A DNA stretch of 64,000 nt, from NCBI GenBank assembly GCA_012295275.1, contig CM022672.1, forward strand, positions 21,886,001-21,950,000, given 5' to 3'. The notes beneath the pieces were generated by a model that was not told where the DNA came from, ran no database searches, and was given only the letters and a program-made list of their open reading frames with translations. Source of the DNA: Chrysomallon squamiferum (lineage: Eukaryota; Animalia; Mollusca). A program made the position numbers and the translations under genes. The stretch's first letter is position 1; each line of letters opens with the position of its first letter. Below, piece after piece: positions 59,005 through 64,000 of the stretch.

Positions 59005-59595
59005 TTATTACGACCTGACATTAAATTAAAATACTAATATAATTAATTGTATATGGCTTTATTCATAATTATATTAAAACGTGGATATTTTACTAGACTT
59101 GTACAAGTGAAAGGACATATCTAGTCTGAATAAAAATTAATAGCCTAATTTAGTATGAGCGGTAGAATTAAAAGAGATAATTTTAATAGCAGTAAAATCA
59201 GTAGTAGTAATAGTAGTAGTAGAAGTAGCAGTGGTAGTAATAATAGTAGTAGAAGTAAAAGCAGTAGTAGTAGAACTAAAAGCAGTAATAGAAGCTATAG
59301 CAGTAACAGTAACAGTAGGAATTAATATTGTAGTAGTATCAGCAGTAATAACAACAATAATAATATTATTATTATTAATAATAGTAGTAGTAACAGTAGC
59401 AGCTACATCAGCAACTCTAGGCGGAGTAGTGGTAATTGTAATTAAAATAAAAATAATATGAATAAGAATAAGATGATGATGAAGACGAAGAAGAAGAAGA
59501 AGAAGAAGAAGAAGAAGAAGAAGAAGAAGAAAAAGATACGGAAAAAAAAAGACAATGAATTCTAAGTAAATAATTACATCATAACAAGTTTATCA

Positions 59596-63915
<4,320 letters not shown>

Positions 63916-64000
63916 CTTAAAAACAAATAAATACATAAATAAATAAATAAATAAATTTATCAAACCACAAACACTACTAGTATAATGAACAAACTTATAA

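Overview
AT-rich, microsatellite-dense animal genomic DNA. It is possibly molluscan, judged only from SINE-like remnants recalled from memory and not verified. The genes are spliced (GT-AG), and most ORFs in the supplied track are microsatellite artefacts. Six protein-coding genes can be assembled by hand: (1) the 3' part of a CDC7 kinase (+, 253-4616); (2,3) a head-to-head pair of ankyrin-repeat/SOCS-box (ASB-like) paralogs (- 6711-8921; + 9977-12287) with patchwork near-identity suggesting gene conversion; (4,5) a tail-to-tail pair of Neverland/DAF-36 cholesterol 7-desaturase-like Rieske oxygenases (+ 15680-22882; - 31139-48216) with identical exon 2-6 sizes; (6) the 3' part of a GH20 beta-hexosaminidase (-, 59596-63915). 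The main oddities are a 41-bp tandem array that multiplies an exon/5'-splice-site junction seven times in the second neverland gene, a GPI-signal-like tail and a half-missing active-site exon in the hexosaminidase, a degenerate BC-box in both ASB proteins, and single-base frameshifts in C-runs of CDC7 and the first neverland gene (probably sequence errors). No rRNA, intact tRNA, CRISPR array or autonomous transposon was seen.
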